Shown: piece by piece, positions 17,459 through 25,917 of the stretch
Numbering within the stretch: position 1 is the stretch's first letter
How the letters are laid out: every line of letters starts with the position of its first letter
Source of the DNA: an uncultured Candidatus Saccharibacteria bacterium
GTDB taxonomy: Bacteria > Patescibacteriota > Minisyncoccia > Phycocordibacterales > UBA1006
Length of the DNA: 32,365 nucleotides
Direction of reading: 5' to 3'
Assembly (NCBI GenBank): GCA_964550225.1
Contig: CAZJXT010000002.1
Span: forward strand, 1 to 32,365
Program-made: the position numbers and the translations under genes
The notes under the pieces: model-generated
The model's input: the letters and a program-made list of their open reading frames with translations, nothing else
Databases searched by the model: none
What the model was told of the DNA's origin: nothing

Positions 17459-20400
17459 TTAGGCAACTTCTTCGTAAGTTTCATTATAATTCTTCTTCGA
17501 CCCTTCCAATTTTACATCCATTGATAATCCTCGGAGATAATTTAGCATTACTTTAAATGATGCTGGCATATTTGGCTCTTTAATATTTTCTCCTTTGATT
17601 AACGAGTTAAAGGCTTCGGTTCGTCCAACAATATCATCTGATTTTACGGTAAGCATTTCTCGCAAGGTGTATGCTGCTCCATATCCTTCGAGTGCCCACA
17701 CTTCCATTTCTCCGAATCGTTGACCTCCTGATTGAGATTTTCCTCCAAGTGGTTGTTGAGTGATCAGACTGTACGGACCAATTGAACGGGCATGCATCTT
17801 GTCTTCTACCATATGAGAAAGTTTCAAGATATACATGTATCCCACGGCAATGTCTTGGCCAAACGATTCTCCTGTTCGTCCATCATAAAGTTTTACCTTT
17901 CCAGTTCGAGAAAATCCAGCTTTTTCCAATTCATCTTTTACTTCATCGGGTGTTGCTCCTGCAAAAGGTGGAACAATCGCCTGATATCCAAGACTGTTTG
18001 CAGCAAGCCCAAGATGCATTTCAAGAATTTGTCCAAGGTTCATACGTGATGATACTCCAAGTGAAGTAAGTACTACATCAACAGGAGTTCCATCTGCCAT
18101 ATAGGGCATATCTTCTTCTGGTAAAATAGTTGAGATTACCCCTTTGTTTCCATGTCGTCCTGCAAGCTTATCTCCTACTTGAATATTTCGCAATTGAGCA
18201 ACTTCTACATAAATTCGCTTAATAACTCCTGACTCCAAATCATGTCCTGCTTCTCGTGAAAATACCTTAACACCCACCACGCGACCTTTTCGTCCGTGTT
18301 CCATACGCATAGAAGAATCTTTAACATCTCGTGCTTTTTCTCCAAAAATAGATCGCAAGAGTCTTTCTTCTGGGGTTAATTCTGTTTCACCTTTTGGTGT
18401 AACTTTTCCAACCAAAATATCTCCTTCGCGAACTTCTGCTCCGATACGTACAATTCCATCTTCATCCAAATCTTTCAATCGAGCTTCTCCTACGTTTGGA
18501 ATATCATGAGTAGTTTGTTCTTCTCCTTGTTTTGTATCACGAACAACACATTCATATTCATCAATATGAATTGAGCTGAAAATACTATTTTTAACTAATT
18601 TTTCTGACAAGATAATCGCATCTTCAAAGTTTGCACCATTCCAACACATAAATGCCACAAGTACGTTTTGTCCGAGAGCTAATTGTCCATTTTCTGTTGC
18701 TGAACCATCTGCAATCACTTGACCTTTCTTTACTTTATCTCCAACACGAACGAGTGGACGATTATGATACATCGTTCCTTGGTTTGTTCGCGCGTATAGT
18801 GTAAGAGCATATTCTTTTGTTTTTCCTGCACTTGTTTTAATTTCAATCATTTGTGCATCTGAATGAGTAACCGTTCCATCTTCTTGTGCAAGAATTAATC
18901 GTCCAGAATCAAGAGCCGCTCGCTCTTCCATACCTGTCGCTACCAAAGGTGCCATAGGTACAACACATGGCATTGCTTGTTTTTGCATGTTTGATCCCAT
19001 GAGTGTTCGTTTCGCGTCATCATGTTCCAAAAATGGAATCATTGAAGAAGCTACTGAGTAAGCTTGATTTGGAGAAACATCAACATAGTCAACATCTTCT
19101 CGACGAGCAATACCTGGGATTGTTTTTACTCGAGCTTCTACAACAGTATCTGTAATTTTTCCATCTTTATCATAATGTAATCCAGCATGAGCAATAATAT
19201 ATTGCTCTTCTTCTACAGCATTCATATAAGAAATTTCTCCTGTGATTTTTCCATTTTTTACCTTAATGTAAGGAGTTTCAATCATTCCAAATTCATTTAC
19301 ACGAGCAAAAATAGACATCTGCAAAATAAGCCCGATGTTTGGTCCTTCAGGGGTATGTACTGGACACAGTCGCCCATAATGAGACGTATGCACATCTCGA
19401 ACTTCAAATCCTGCTCGTTCACGAGTAAGACCTCCTGGTCCTAATGCTGATAGACGACGCAAGTGTTCCATTTCTGACAAAATGTTTGCTTGGTCTTGCA
19501 ATTGTGATAACTGGTTTGTTGTAAAGAAACCATTAATTACCGCCTGGAGTGGTCGTTGATTGAGTACTTGGATTGGCAATGTTGTTTCTGTATCAATTGT
19601 CGACATGCGGTCTTGCACATTACGACGAATACGAAGCATCCCCACAGATACTTCTCGGAGCAATAATTCTCCTACGAATTTCACACGACGATGACCTAAA
19701 TGATCAATATCATCTGCTTTTGCTTTTGGAGTGGTATTTAATTCTGAAATTTTTTCAATAATAGCAACCACATCATCTGCAGTAATAGTCATTACTGATA
19801 ATGCAGCTTCATCCATTTTTTTACCAAATCGTTTGTTGAATGAATATCGCCCTACATCAGAAAGATTATATCGATCATCACTTAAAATAGAATCTACGAA
19901 TTCTTTTGCGTTATCAGCTGAGGCAATTTCTCCATCTCGCAATTTTCGATAAATTTCTACATAGGATTCGCTCACTGTTTTTGCAGGATCTTTCGCAAGA
20001 GATGCTTTCATACATTCAAGAGCTGCTTCATTTTTGAAAAGCTTCAGCATTTTTTCATCATCAGTAATTCCTAATGTTCGCAACAATGATGTTGCAACGA
20101 ATTTTCTTTTTTTATCAATGCGAACATACATCACATTGTCAGCATCAGATTCTAATTCGATCCATGCTCCTCGAGATGGAATAATTTTCGCACCAAAGAA
20201 ACGTCCTTTTTTAGTTTGACGATCATTAAATGAAACTCCGGCTGAACGAGCGAGCTGTGGAACTACAACACGCTCTACTCCATTGATAATAAATGTTCCA
20301 TGAGCAGTCATGAGAGGTACCTCTGATAAAAAGATTTCTTGTTCTTTTTCTGTACCTAACATTTTATTTTTTAACTTAACACGAGCTTTTACTTCTGCTT

Positions 20401-20686
20401 CGTAGGTAAGTTTATTTTGTTTTGCATAATTTTCGTCATGATCAGGAGCATTTACTACAAGTGACAAAATAGACAATTCAAATTTCTTTTCTGAATAATC
20501 TTGCATAGGAGAAAAATCCTTGATGGTTTCAGCAAGGTCTTTTTCCAAGAACTTTTTGTACGATGCTAATTGATTTTCGACCAGATGCGGAATTGGGGCA
20601 AGAGGTGTTCGAAACTTTGAGAATGTTTTTTGTTCTCGTGGTCCAGAAACAACAATACCTCCTTTACTCTTTGTTTTTTGTGCCAT
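17459..20686 (-). CDS. rpoB: DNA-directed RNA polymerase subunit beta
   Basis: Rif-region-like FFTTNQLSQLQDQANILSEMEHLRRLSALGPGGL and GRHGNKGVIS, 1075 aa. Confidence 0.97.
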   Translation of the reverse strand: MAQKTKSKGGIVVSGPREQKTFSKFRTPLAPIPHLVENQLASYKKFLEKDLAETIKDFSPMQDYSEKKFELSILSLVVNAPDHDENYAKQNKLTYEAEVKARVKLKNKMLGTEKEQEIFLSEVPLMTAHGTFIINGVERVVVPQLARSAGVSFNDRQTKKGRFFGAKIIPSRGAWIELESDADNVMYVRIDKKRKFVATSLLRTLGITDDEKMLKLFKNEAALECMKASLAKDPAKTVSESYVEIYRKLRDGEIASADNAKEFVDSILSDDRYNLSDVGRYSFNKRFGKKMDEAALSVMTITADDVVAIIEKISELNTTPKAKADDIDHLGHRRVKFVGELLLREVSVGMLRIRRNVQDRMSTIDTETTLPIQVLNQRPLQAVINGFFTTNQLSQLQDQANILSEMEHLRRLSALGPGGLTRERAGFEVRDVHTSHYGRLCPVHTPEGPNIGLILQMSIFARVNEFGMIETPYIKVKNGKITGEISYMNAVEEEQYIIAHAGLHYDKDGKITDTVVEARVKTIPGIARREDVDYVDVSPNQAYSVASSMIPFLEHDDAKRTLMGSNMQKQAMPCVVPMAPLVATGMEERAALDSGRLILAQEDGTVTHSDAQMIEIKTSAGKTKEYALTLYARTNQGTMYHNRPLVRVGDKVKKGQVIADGSATENGQLALGQNVLVAFMCWNGANFEDAIILSEKLVKNSIFSSIHIDEYECVVRDTKQGEEQTTHDIPNVGEARLKDLDEDGIVRIGAEVREGDILVGKVTPKGETELTPEERLLRSIFGEKARDVKDSSMRMEHGRKGRVVGVKVFSREAGHDLESGVIKRIYVEVAQLRNIQVGDKLAGRHGNKGVISTILPEEDMPYMADGTPVDVVLTSLGVSSRMNLGQILEMHLGLAANSLGYQAIVPPFAGATPDEVKDELEKAGFSRTGKVKLYDGRTGESFGQDIAVGYMYILKLSHMVEDKMHARSIGPYSLITQQPLGGKSQSGGQRFGEMEVWALEGYGAAYTLREMLTVKSDDIVGRTEAFNSLIKGENIKEPNMPASFKVMLNYLRGLSMDVKLEGSKKNYNETYEEVA

Positions 20687-20780
20687 AACAGCAAAAATGG
20701 GCCGTGTGGGACGGCTTTAGAATTAAAGGCTCTAGTAAAATCTGCAATCGGACAACCGGCACTCAATCGAGTCTGATAGT
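20687..20780 (-). promoter_or_regulatory. rpoB 5' leader of about 94 nt, relatively GC-rich
   Basis: Lies between a predicted promoter and ATG 20686. Contains hairpins GCCGT-GTGGG-ACGGC (20701-20715) and ACTC-GATT-GAGT, and a CGATTG direct repeat. No ORF. Confidence 0.3.
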
Positions 20781-20786
20781 TTTGAC

Positions 20787-20815
20787 ACTATAAAACAATT
20801 GATTAAAAAAAGCAA
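20787..20815 (-). promoter_or_regulatory. Candidate promoter of the rpoB-rpoC-dnaG-rpoD unit
   Basis: Minus strand TTGCTT-N17-TATAGT. The -35 overlaps the 3' arm of the upstream terminator. Confidence 0.45.
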
Positions 20816-20838
20816 GGATTACACATCCTTGCTTTTTG
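20804..20838 (-). terminator. Intrinsic terminator after ORF 20881-21312
   Basis: 9-bp stem AGCAAGGAT/ATCCTTGCT with a 5-nt loop, followed by a T-run on the minus strand. Confidence 0.8.
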
Positions 20839-20880
20839 CTAACAGGCTTCTTTACTTTTGGTAGAGTTTTTTTGCTTCGA

Positions 20881-21312
20881 TTACTGCTTCAGTTCAAATT
20901 TCAAAGGAGGTGCCGGCTGAGTTAAGAAATTATTTATTTCAACAATTTTTTCTACCACCTGCTCCCATGTTCCCTTAAAACCAAAGAATTCTTTAGTCTC
21001 AAGATGTTCTGTGGGGCCTGTACAGGTAGCTGCACTATTAATTTCTGCCTCATTTCCTGGTTTGAAGATACAAACTACTGTCTCACCATGATTTGCCGTT
21101 GGTTCCAACTCAACGCTAATGCGGAACACAAACAGTTCTTCATAATTATAAATCTCTCCATCATTCATAATATCAGTCAATTCGGAAACTGATGTCCATC
21201 CGTCCTGATAAATCGGAATTTTTAGCAATAATTCTGCCCACTCACGCAATGTTTTTAAATCAATATCGGTTGCGTTATTCACCTTATTTTTTAATTCTTC
21301 TGTTGGCTTCAT
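20881..21312 (-). CDS. Hypothetical acidic protein, 143 aa
   Basis: ATG ORF with its own consensus promoter and a strong terminator. No family recognised. Confidence 0.65.
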   Translation of the reverse strand: MKPTEELKNKVNNATDIDLKTLREWAELLLKIPIYQDGWTSVSELTDIMNDGEIYNYEELFVFRISVELEPTANHGETVVCIFKPGNEAEINSAATCTGPTEHLETKEFFGFKGTWEQVVEKIVEINNFLTQPAPPLKFELKQ

Positions 21313-21346
21313 CTTTTTGATTTTAGTTATGAAATTGTTTAAAACA

Positions 21347-21375
21347 AAATTAACATATTCTAATTAAACTGTCAA
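21347..21375 (-). promoter_or_regulatory. Promoter of ORF 20881-21312
   Basis: Minus strand TTGACA-N17-TAATTT with a TGT extended -10, abutting the trmD stop codon. Leader is 34 nt. Confidence 0.6.
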
Positions 21376-22077
21376 CTATTCCAACCCTCTTCGTTTCCAC
21401 GCATCAATCAATTTCGGATTCCCTGACAGTAACACTGGTGGGACCTTGTATTTTTTTACTTTCCCTTGATTATTTGTATATTCTAAAACCTCGGGACGAG
21501 TGTAGACATCATGTGACGCAATACGTTCTTCTTCTCGAGAATCAAAATTACCCAACACTCCAGGAATTTGACGTGCCATACAGTCAATACAAATCATTGC
21601 TGGTAATTCTCCACCTGTGAGTACATAATTTCCAATGGAAATATCTTCCATTTTAAAAATCTTCTTGATTCGCGCATCAATACCCTCGTATCGTCCACAC
21701 ACGAAAATAATATCAGTATATTTTTTTACTGTTGTTTTAGCATATTCCGTATCAAACATTTTTCCACCAGGTGAAAAGAAAATAATTTTAGATTTTGCTT
21801 TAGTTTTTTTATTGATTATCGCAAGAGCTTTTTCGATTGCCTTGATATACGGCTCTGCGCGTAACACCATTCCAGGACCTCCTCCATAGGGTTTTCCATC
21901 CGCATACACGGTCACATTTCCATCAGGCCATTTTTTCTTTAATTCTTTCGGGGCGTATGTTCGAGGATCGTAAAAAGTAACACTGATTTTTTTATCAGCG
22001 AGAGCTCGACCAATAATTGATTCGTTGAGGTATGAAGTAAATGATTCTGGAAATAATGTAATGACGTGAAATCTCAT
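21376..22077 (-). CDS. trmD: tRNA (guanine37-N1)-methyltransferase
   Basis: MRFHVITLFPESF N-terminus and CGRYEGIDARI motif. ATG 22077 is preferred over 22089/22086 because a -10-like TATGAT overlaps those upstream ATGs. Confidence 0.92.
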   Translation of the reverse strand: MRFHVITLFPESFTSYLNESIIGRALADKKISVTFYDPRTYAPKELKKKWPDGNVTVYADGKPYGGGPGMVLRAEPYIKAIEKALAIINKKTKAKSKIIFFSPGGKMFDTEYAKTTVKKYTDIIFVCGRYEGIDARIKKIFKMEDISIGNYVLTGGELPAMICIDCMARQIPGVLGNFDSREEERIASHDVYTRPEVLEYTNNQGKVKKYKVPPVLLSGNPKLIDAWKRRGLE

Positions 22078-22084
22078 ATCTTTC

Positions 22085-22112
22085 ATCATACTGATTTTTG
22101 AAATTTAAACAA
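22085..22112 (-). promoter_or_regulatory. Candidate promoter of trmD (leaderless)
   Basis: Minus strand TTGTTT-N16-TATGAT, then 7 nt to ATG 22077. Confidence 0.4.
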
Positions 22113-22113
22113 A

Positions 22114-22139
22114 TAAAAAATACCGTGAGGTATTTTTTA
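22114..22139 (-). terminator. Intrinsic terminator/attenuator after the KH-protein gene
   Basis: ATACC-GTGA-GGTAT hairpin flanked by an A-run and a T-run. Confidence 0.55.
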
Positions 22140-22143
22140 TTTA

Positions 22144-22467
22144 CTACATATCTGCTTTTAAATCTGCGAGAGCTGCGTCAACATCAACAGATGCTGCTGA
22201 TTGTGGAGCTCGTCTATTTAAAGGCTCATTAATTTTCATATTTACTCGTTGATTATGTTTCATACCAACTACACGAAGAAGGGTTCGAATTGATTTTGCA
22301 GTTGCTCCTTGGCGACCAATCAATTTCCCCATATCTTCACCGTTTACATCAACGGTCATAAGTACTCCCATTTCATCAATTGTTTTTACTACCTTAACAT
22401 CTTCTGGTTTATCTACTAATGCCTTTACGGTCATTTCTAAATATTCATGTACTGCGTCGTTCTGCAT
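22144..22467 (-). CDS. KH-domain RNA-binding protein (YlqC/UPF0109-like) with a C-terminal extension
   Basis: GxxG KH motif LIGRQGATAKSIRTLL and the canonical position after rpsP. Confidence 0.85.
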   Translation of the reverse strand: MQNDAVHEYLEMTVKALVDKPEDVKVVKTIDEMGVLMTVDVNGEDMGKLIGRQGATAKSIRTLLRVVGMKHNQRVNMKINEPLNRRAPQSAASVDVDAALADLKADM

Positions 22468-22478
22468 AAAAATCTATC

Positions 22479-22520
22479 ATATCGCAAGAGTATTAATGAG
22501 TAAAAAGGACTCTGCGATAT
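22479..22520 (-). other. 5'-terminal stem-loop of the KH-gene mRNA
   Basis: 12-bp stem with one bulge (ATATCGCAAGAGT / ACTCTGCGATAT), starting roughly at the predicted transcription start. Confidence 0.5.
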
Positions 22521-22524
22521 CGGT

Positions 22525-22553
22525 ATCTTAATCTGTTTTATGATGAAAGTCAA
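22525..22553 (-). promoter_or_regulatory. Promoter of the KH-protein gene
   Basis: Minus strand TTGACT-N17-TAAGAT. Confidence 0.55.
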
Positions 22554-22580
22554 ATAAAAAAACGCATGAGCGTTTTTTTT
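22554..22580 (-). terminator. Intrinsic terminator after rpsP
   Basis: AACGC-ATGA-GCGTT hairpin flanked by long A and T runs. Confidence 0.6.
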
Positions 22581-22872
22581 ATTTAGTCTTTCGTTTTACT
22601 GAAGTCTTTTTAGGAAGTGAAGAAATTTTCTTTCCTTCAATTACTTTATGAGTAACCAAGAAATTGTGAACGGTGTCTGATAATTGAACTCCTTTTGAAA
22701 TCCAATCAGTAATGAGTTCTTTTTTTAATTCAATAGTTCCCATTTTTGGATTGTAAGATCCAACAATATCAATAAACTTTCCTGATTGTACACCATTTCG
22801 TTTATCAGTAATCACCACACGGTAGTGAGGTTCATTTTTTCGCCCAATTCGTTGTAATCGCATTGTTAACAT
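22579..22872 (-). CDS. rpsP: 30S ribosomal protein S16
   Basis: MLTMRLQRIGRKNEPHYRVV matches the S16 N-terminal signature. Confidence 0.93.
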   Translation of the reverse strand: MLTMRLQRIGRKNEPHYRVVITDKRNGVQSGKFIDIVGSYNPKMGTIELKKELITDWISKGVQLSDTVHNFLVTHKVIEGKKISSLPKKTSVKRKTK

Positions 22873-22881
22873 AGTGTAGCC

Positions 22882-22909
22882 ATCTTATCAGAAAAGGATT
22901 TTTTGTCAA
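22882..22909 (-). promoter_or_regulatory. Promoter of rpsP (leaderless)
   Basis: Minus strand TTGACA-N16-TAAGAT with a TGA extended -10, then 9 nt to ATG 22872. Confidence 0.65.
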
Positions 22910-22949
22910 GAAAAAAACAGTCTCCTTGCTTACAAGCAATGAAGACTGT
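22910..22949 (-). terminator. Intrinsic terminator after ORF 22957-23733
   Basis: Composite hairpin ACAGTCT..TTGCT-TAC-AGCAA..AGACTGT, followed by a 7-nt T-run on the minus strand. Confidence 0.75.
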
Positions 22950-22956
22950 CTCGAGT

Positions 22957-23733
22957 TTAAATCCATCCTACTTTTTTCCCAACCCTTACAGCTGTTTCTG
23001 CCTCTTTCTTTGAAAACCCTTCGTTTTGGACAAGGTCAGCAACATAAGATTGGACCGAATTTAATGGCTCTAGAAAGGCTTTCATAAACGGACCATCTTT
23101 TTCATTAAGTCCGTGTTCTGAAAACTTTTTCTGTATTCCTAAAAACGTACGCATCGTAGTCCTGTCAAAACAGTCCCATCCACCAATCAAAGACTGATGT
23201 TTTATTGCTTTTGGTGAAAGCTTTAAAATATCACCCACCGTCAACTGTTCTGCGTTACCTGTCCAAGTGTCACCAAATACGAAGCTACAAATTTTTCTAA
23301 AAGGATCACAGGTTGGCTTTACTTCTGTCAGCTTATAAACCGGCATTTGGCGGATGATACTTTTTTCTAAGTATTTAAAATCTGGAACCTCGCCTCTTCC
23401 TGTTTTTTTGGTCGGTAATAAGAGAATCCAGTCATTTTGGTTAAAACCATTTTCCAGTAAAAAATTTCTTAGTTTTATGAAACTTCTACTATCTTTAACC
23501 AACCCTTGATGTACCTGCCTTTTTATATCTTCTGTTTTCCAGCAAACAAACATATCATTGTTTGTTATCAACTTTGGATTAAGAGTAATAAATTCAGCAA
23601 GCGTTAGAACGTCCGATTGTGACATGGTAGAGCTTTTGTAGTAATTAAAAAAATAACCATTAAAGGCTTTTCCTAAACCTAATTGATTCATTTGAGTGTT
23701 GAGTAAATCTTTTTTCTTTTTTAAAAGTTTCAT
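22957..23733 (-). CDS. Hypothetical protein, 258 aa, with an internal duplicated module
   Basis: ATG ORF with a consensus promoter and a terminator. Two modules of about 55 aa share LT-x2-[DE]-[FI]-[IL]-x-L-[NS]-PK-x-I ... W ... F-x-E-[NH]-G-[FL]-N. Confidence 0.7.
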   Translation of the reverse strand: MKLLKKKKDLLNTQMNQLGLGKAFNGYFFNYYKSSTMSQSDVLTLAEFITLNPKLITNNDMFVCWKTEDIKRQVHQGLVKDSRSFIKLRNFLLENGFNQNDWILLLPTKKTGRGEVPDFKYLEKSIIRQMPVYKLTEVKPTCDPFRKICSFVFGDTWTGNAEQLTVGDILKLSPKAIKHQSLIGGWDCFDRTTMRTFLGIQKKFSEHGLNEKDGPFMKAFLEPLNSVQSYVADLVQNEGFSKKEAETAVRVGKKVGWI

Positions 23734-23758
23734 GGATTATTTGTTTTTGTTTGCTATT

Positions 23759-23787
23759 ATATTATCATATAATAATATAAATGTCAA
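23759..23787 (-). promoter_or_regulatory. Promoter of ORF 22957-23733
   Basis: Minus strand TTGACA-N17-TAATAT with a TGA extended -10. Leader is 25 nt. Confidence 0.7.
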
Positions 23788-23810
23788 GTATCGCTTAATC
23801 CCTCATTTTA

Positions 23811-23819
23811 TGGTATTTT
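23811..23819 (+). promoter_or_regulatory. Extended -10 promoter of rnr
   Basis: TGGTATTTT, then 9 nt to ATG 23829. Confidence 0.4.
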
Positions 23820-23828
23820 AAACCCATA

Positions 23829-25886
23829 ATGACACCTAAAAAATCTGATTCCCCACGTGAAAATTATAAGAAAGACTACCCTCAAAAAGGTCAGCGCATA
23901 TTTCAAACCCGCAAAGACGCTCGACCCAACGCCCCACGACCTATTGATAATAGCAATATCACTGGTGATGTACCCGATCAATTCGAAGGTATTTTTAAAA
24001 TTGGAAAAAATGGTATCGGATATGTAACTCATAAAGAATCTGGTTTTGCAGTAATGGTTGCACCTCAGCATAATCTCCACGCACTTAATGGTGATCGTGT
24101 ACTTATGAGTATTATCAATAAAAAAGAAGGTTCCGGATCAGTTCAAGAAATTATTAAACGTGCAAAAAATGTTTACGCCGGGATCGTCGAGAAAAAAGCT
24201 AGCGACATCTGGTTTATCCCAAGCGATTCTCGTGAACCTGAAATGCGTGTGGCACCAATAAATTCATTCGCTACCGAAAACTTAGGTAATAAAGTTGTCG
24301 CAAAACTTGGTGCATGGATTGGAGATATTCCTACCTGTGAAATTATTCAAGTCATTGGAACTCCTGGAGAAAATGATACTGAAATGAATGCGATCGTCCT
24401 TGAAAAAGGATTCGATGGCCAATTTCCTGATATAGTAACCGCTGAGGCGGAAGCATTACATGGTTCAGGTATTCCAAGTAGTGAAATCGCAAAACGTCGC
24501 GACATGCGCGATACAACAACCTTTACTATCGACCCTGTTGATGCAAAAGATTTTGATGATGCGTTATCATTCCAAGTACTCCCTGATGGAAATTATGAAA
24601 TCGGTGTTCATATTGCCGATGTATCTTTCTATGTAACAAAAAATTCTGCACTCGATGACGAAGCAAAACAACGAACCACATCGGTATATTTAGTTGATCG
24701 TGTAATTCCAATGCTTCCTGAAGTTCTCTCAAACGAATTATGCTCTATTCGCCAAGACGAAGACAAATTAGCGTTTTCAAGTATTTTTAAAATTGAAAAA
24801 GATACAGGCGCGGTTCTCGAAACATGGTTTGGACGAACAATTATCAAATCAGATAAACGATTCACCTATGAAGAAGCTCAAGAAATTATTGACGCGCGCA
24901 GTGGATTATTTGTTACCGAACTCACTGAATTAATGCGATTATCAAAAATCTATACTGAGGAACGATTTCGCGCAGGTGCATTATCAATGGATACTGACGA
25001 GGTACGATTCATTCTCGATGAGCACGGAAAACCAATTCGTGTCATGATTAAAAAACGAATCGATACGATGCGCATGATCGAAGAATGGATGCTCCTTGCC
25101 AATAAATACGTAGCGATGAAATTAGCAGATAAACATTCTGCAGGACTCGCGGTATATCGCATCCATGATAAACCAGCCCCTGATCGGGTAGAAGATTTGG
25201 TTACTTTCTTAAAATCAATTGGATATGAACATGTTCCTGTAAAAAATGGAATTGTTCCCCCTGCTGAATTACAAAAAATTCTCGACAGCGCAGAAACTGA
25301 TGATGCGCGTGACACTATTCAATCATCAATCGTACGCAGTATGGCAAAAGCGGTATATTCCACAGAAAATATCGGACATTTTGGATTGGCATTTAATTTC
25401 TATACACATTTCACATCTCCGATTCGTCGCTATCCCGATGTGATGGTACACCGATTATTACAATTATCATTAGATGGACAAAAAGTTCCTCCTGATGAAA
25501 TCGGTGAATATAAACGCATGTGCGCATTTAGTTCAGATCGCGAACGCGATGCCCAAGAAGCAGAACGTGAATCAATCAAATATAAACAAGTTGAATATAT
25601 GACCGATCGCATTGGAAAAACATTTGATGGTATTGTAACAGGTGTTGGAAAATTCGGAGTATATGTAGCCGAGGCAGAATCAAAATCTGAAGGAATGATT
25701 CGCTTGATGGATCTTGGTAATGACTTCTTTGCTTATGATGAAAAACGAAATTGTATTGTTGGAAAAAATTCAAAACAAGAATTTCATTTCGGGCAAAAAA
25801 TTAAAATTAAAGTAAAGGAAACCAATCTTGAAAAACGATTGATTGATTATACTCTCGTTATTCAATCTGATAAAAAAACTGCGTAA
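23829..25886 (+). CDS. rnr: Ribonuclease R (RNB-family 3'-5' exoribonuclease)
   Basis: RNB motif TIDPVDAKDFDDALS, HFGLA...YTHFTSPIRRYPD, and a C-terminal S1 domain (FDGIVTGVGKFGVYV). Confidence 0.93.
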   Translation: MTPKKSDSPRENYKKDYPQKGQRIFQTRKDARPNAPRPIDNSNITGDVPDQFEGIFKIGKNGIGYVTHKESGFAVMVAPQHNLHALNGDRVLMSIINKKEGSGSVQEIIKRAKNVYAGIVEKKASDIWFIPSDSREPEMRVAPINSFATENLGNKVVAKLGAWIGDIPTCEIIQVIGTPGENDTEMNAIVLEKGFDGQFPDIVTAEAEALHGSGIPSSEIAKRRDMRDTTTFTIDPVDAKDFDDALSFQVLPDGNYEIGVHIADVSFYVTKNSALDDEAKQRTTSVYLVDRVIPMLPEVLSNELCSIRQDEDKLAFSSIFKIEKDTGAVLETWFGRTIIKSDKRFTYEEAQEIIDARSGLFVTELTELMRLSKIYTEERFRAGALSMDTDEVRFILDEHGKPIRVMIKKRIDTMRMIEEWMLLANKYVAMKLADKHSAGLAVYRIHDKPAPDRVEDLVTFLKSIGYEHVPVKNGIVPPAELQKILDSAETDDARDTIQSSIVRSMAKAVYSTENIGHFGLAFNFYTHFTSPIRRYPDVMVHRLLQLSLDGQKVPPDEIGEYKRMCAFSSDRERDAQEAERESIKYKQVEYMTDRIGKTFDGIVTGVGKFGVYVAEAESKSEGMIRLMDLGNDFFAYDEKRNCIVGKNSKQEFHFGQKIKIKVKETNLEKRLIDYTLVIQSDKKTA

Positions 25887-25900
25887 TTGCAGTTTTTTTT
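25872..25900 (+). terminator. Intrinsic terminator after rnr
   Basis: ACTGC-GTAATT-GCAGT hairpin spanning the stop codon, followed by an 8-nt T-run. Confidence 0.65.
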
Positions 25901-25908
25901 GATATACT
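25900..25908 (+). promoter_or_regulatory. Extended -10 promoter of the VanY-like gene
   Basis: TGATATACT, then 9 nt to ATG 25918. The ORF-track ATG 25909 abuts the -10 box. Confidence 0.45.
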
Positions 25909-25917
25909 ATGACAATT

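Noticed and set aside
13004-20219. Many 60-95 aa ORFs nested in or antisense to dnaG, rpoC and rpoB
   Set aside because: These are typical shadow ORFs within long conserved genes in AT-rich DNA. Their composition is low-complexity and no independent signals were seen.
20566-20766. 66-aa ORF overlapping the rpoB start and leader
   Set aside because: It is out of frame with rpoB and overlaps its first 40 codons. It lies in a region better explained as a structured 5' UTR.
23808-25773. Antisense or out-of-frame ORFs within rnr (23808-24080, 24526-24732, 24629-24865, 24950-25315, 25246-25443, 25430-25612, 25576-25773)
   Set aside because: They are shadows of the RNase R gene, including the 121-aa one, which is rich in Ser and Arg from complementary codons.
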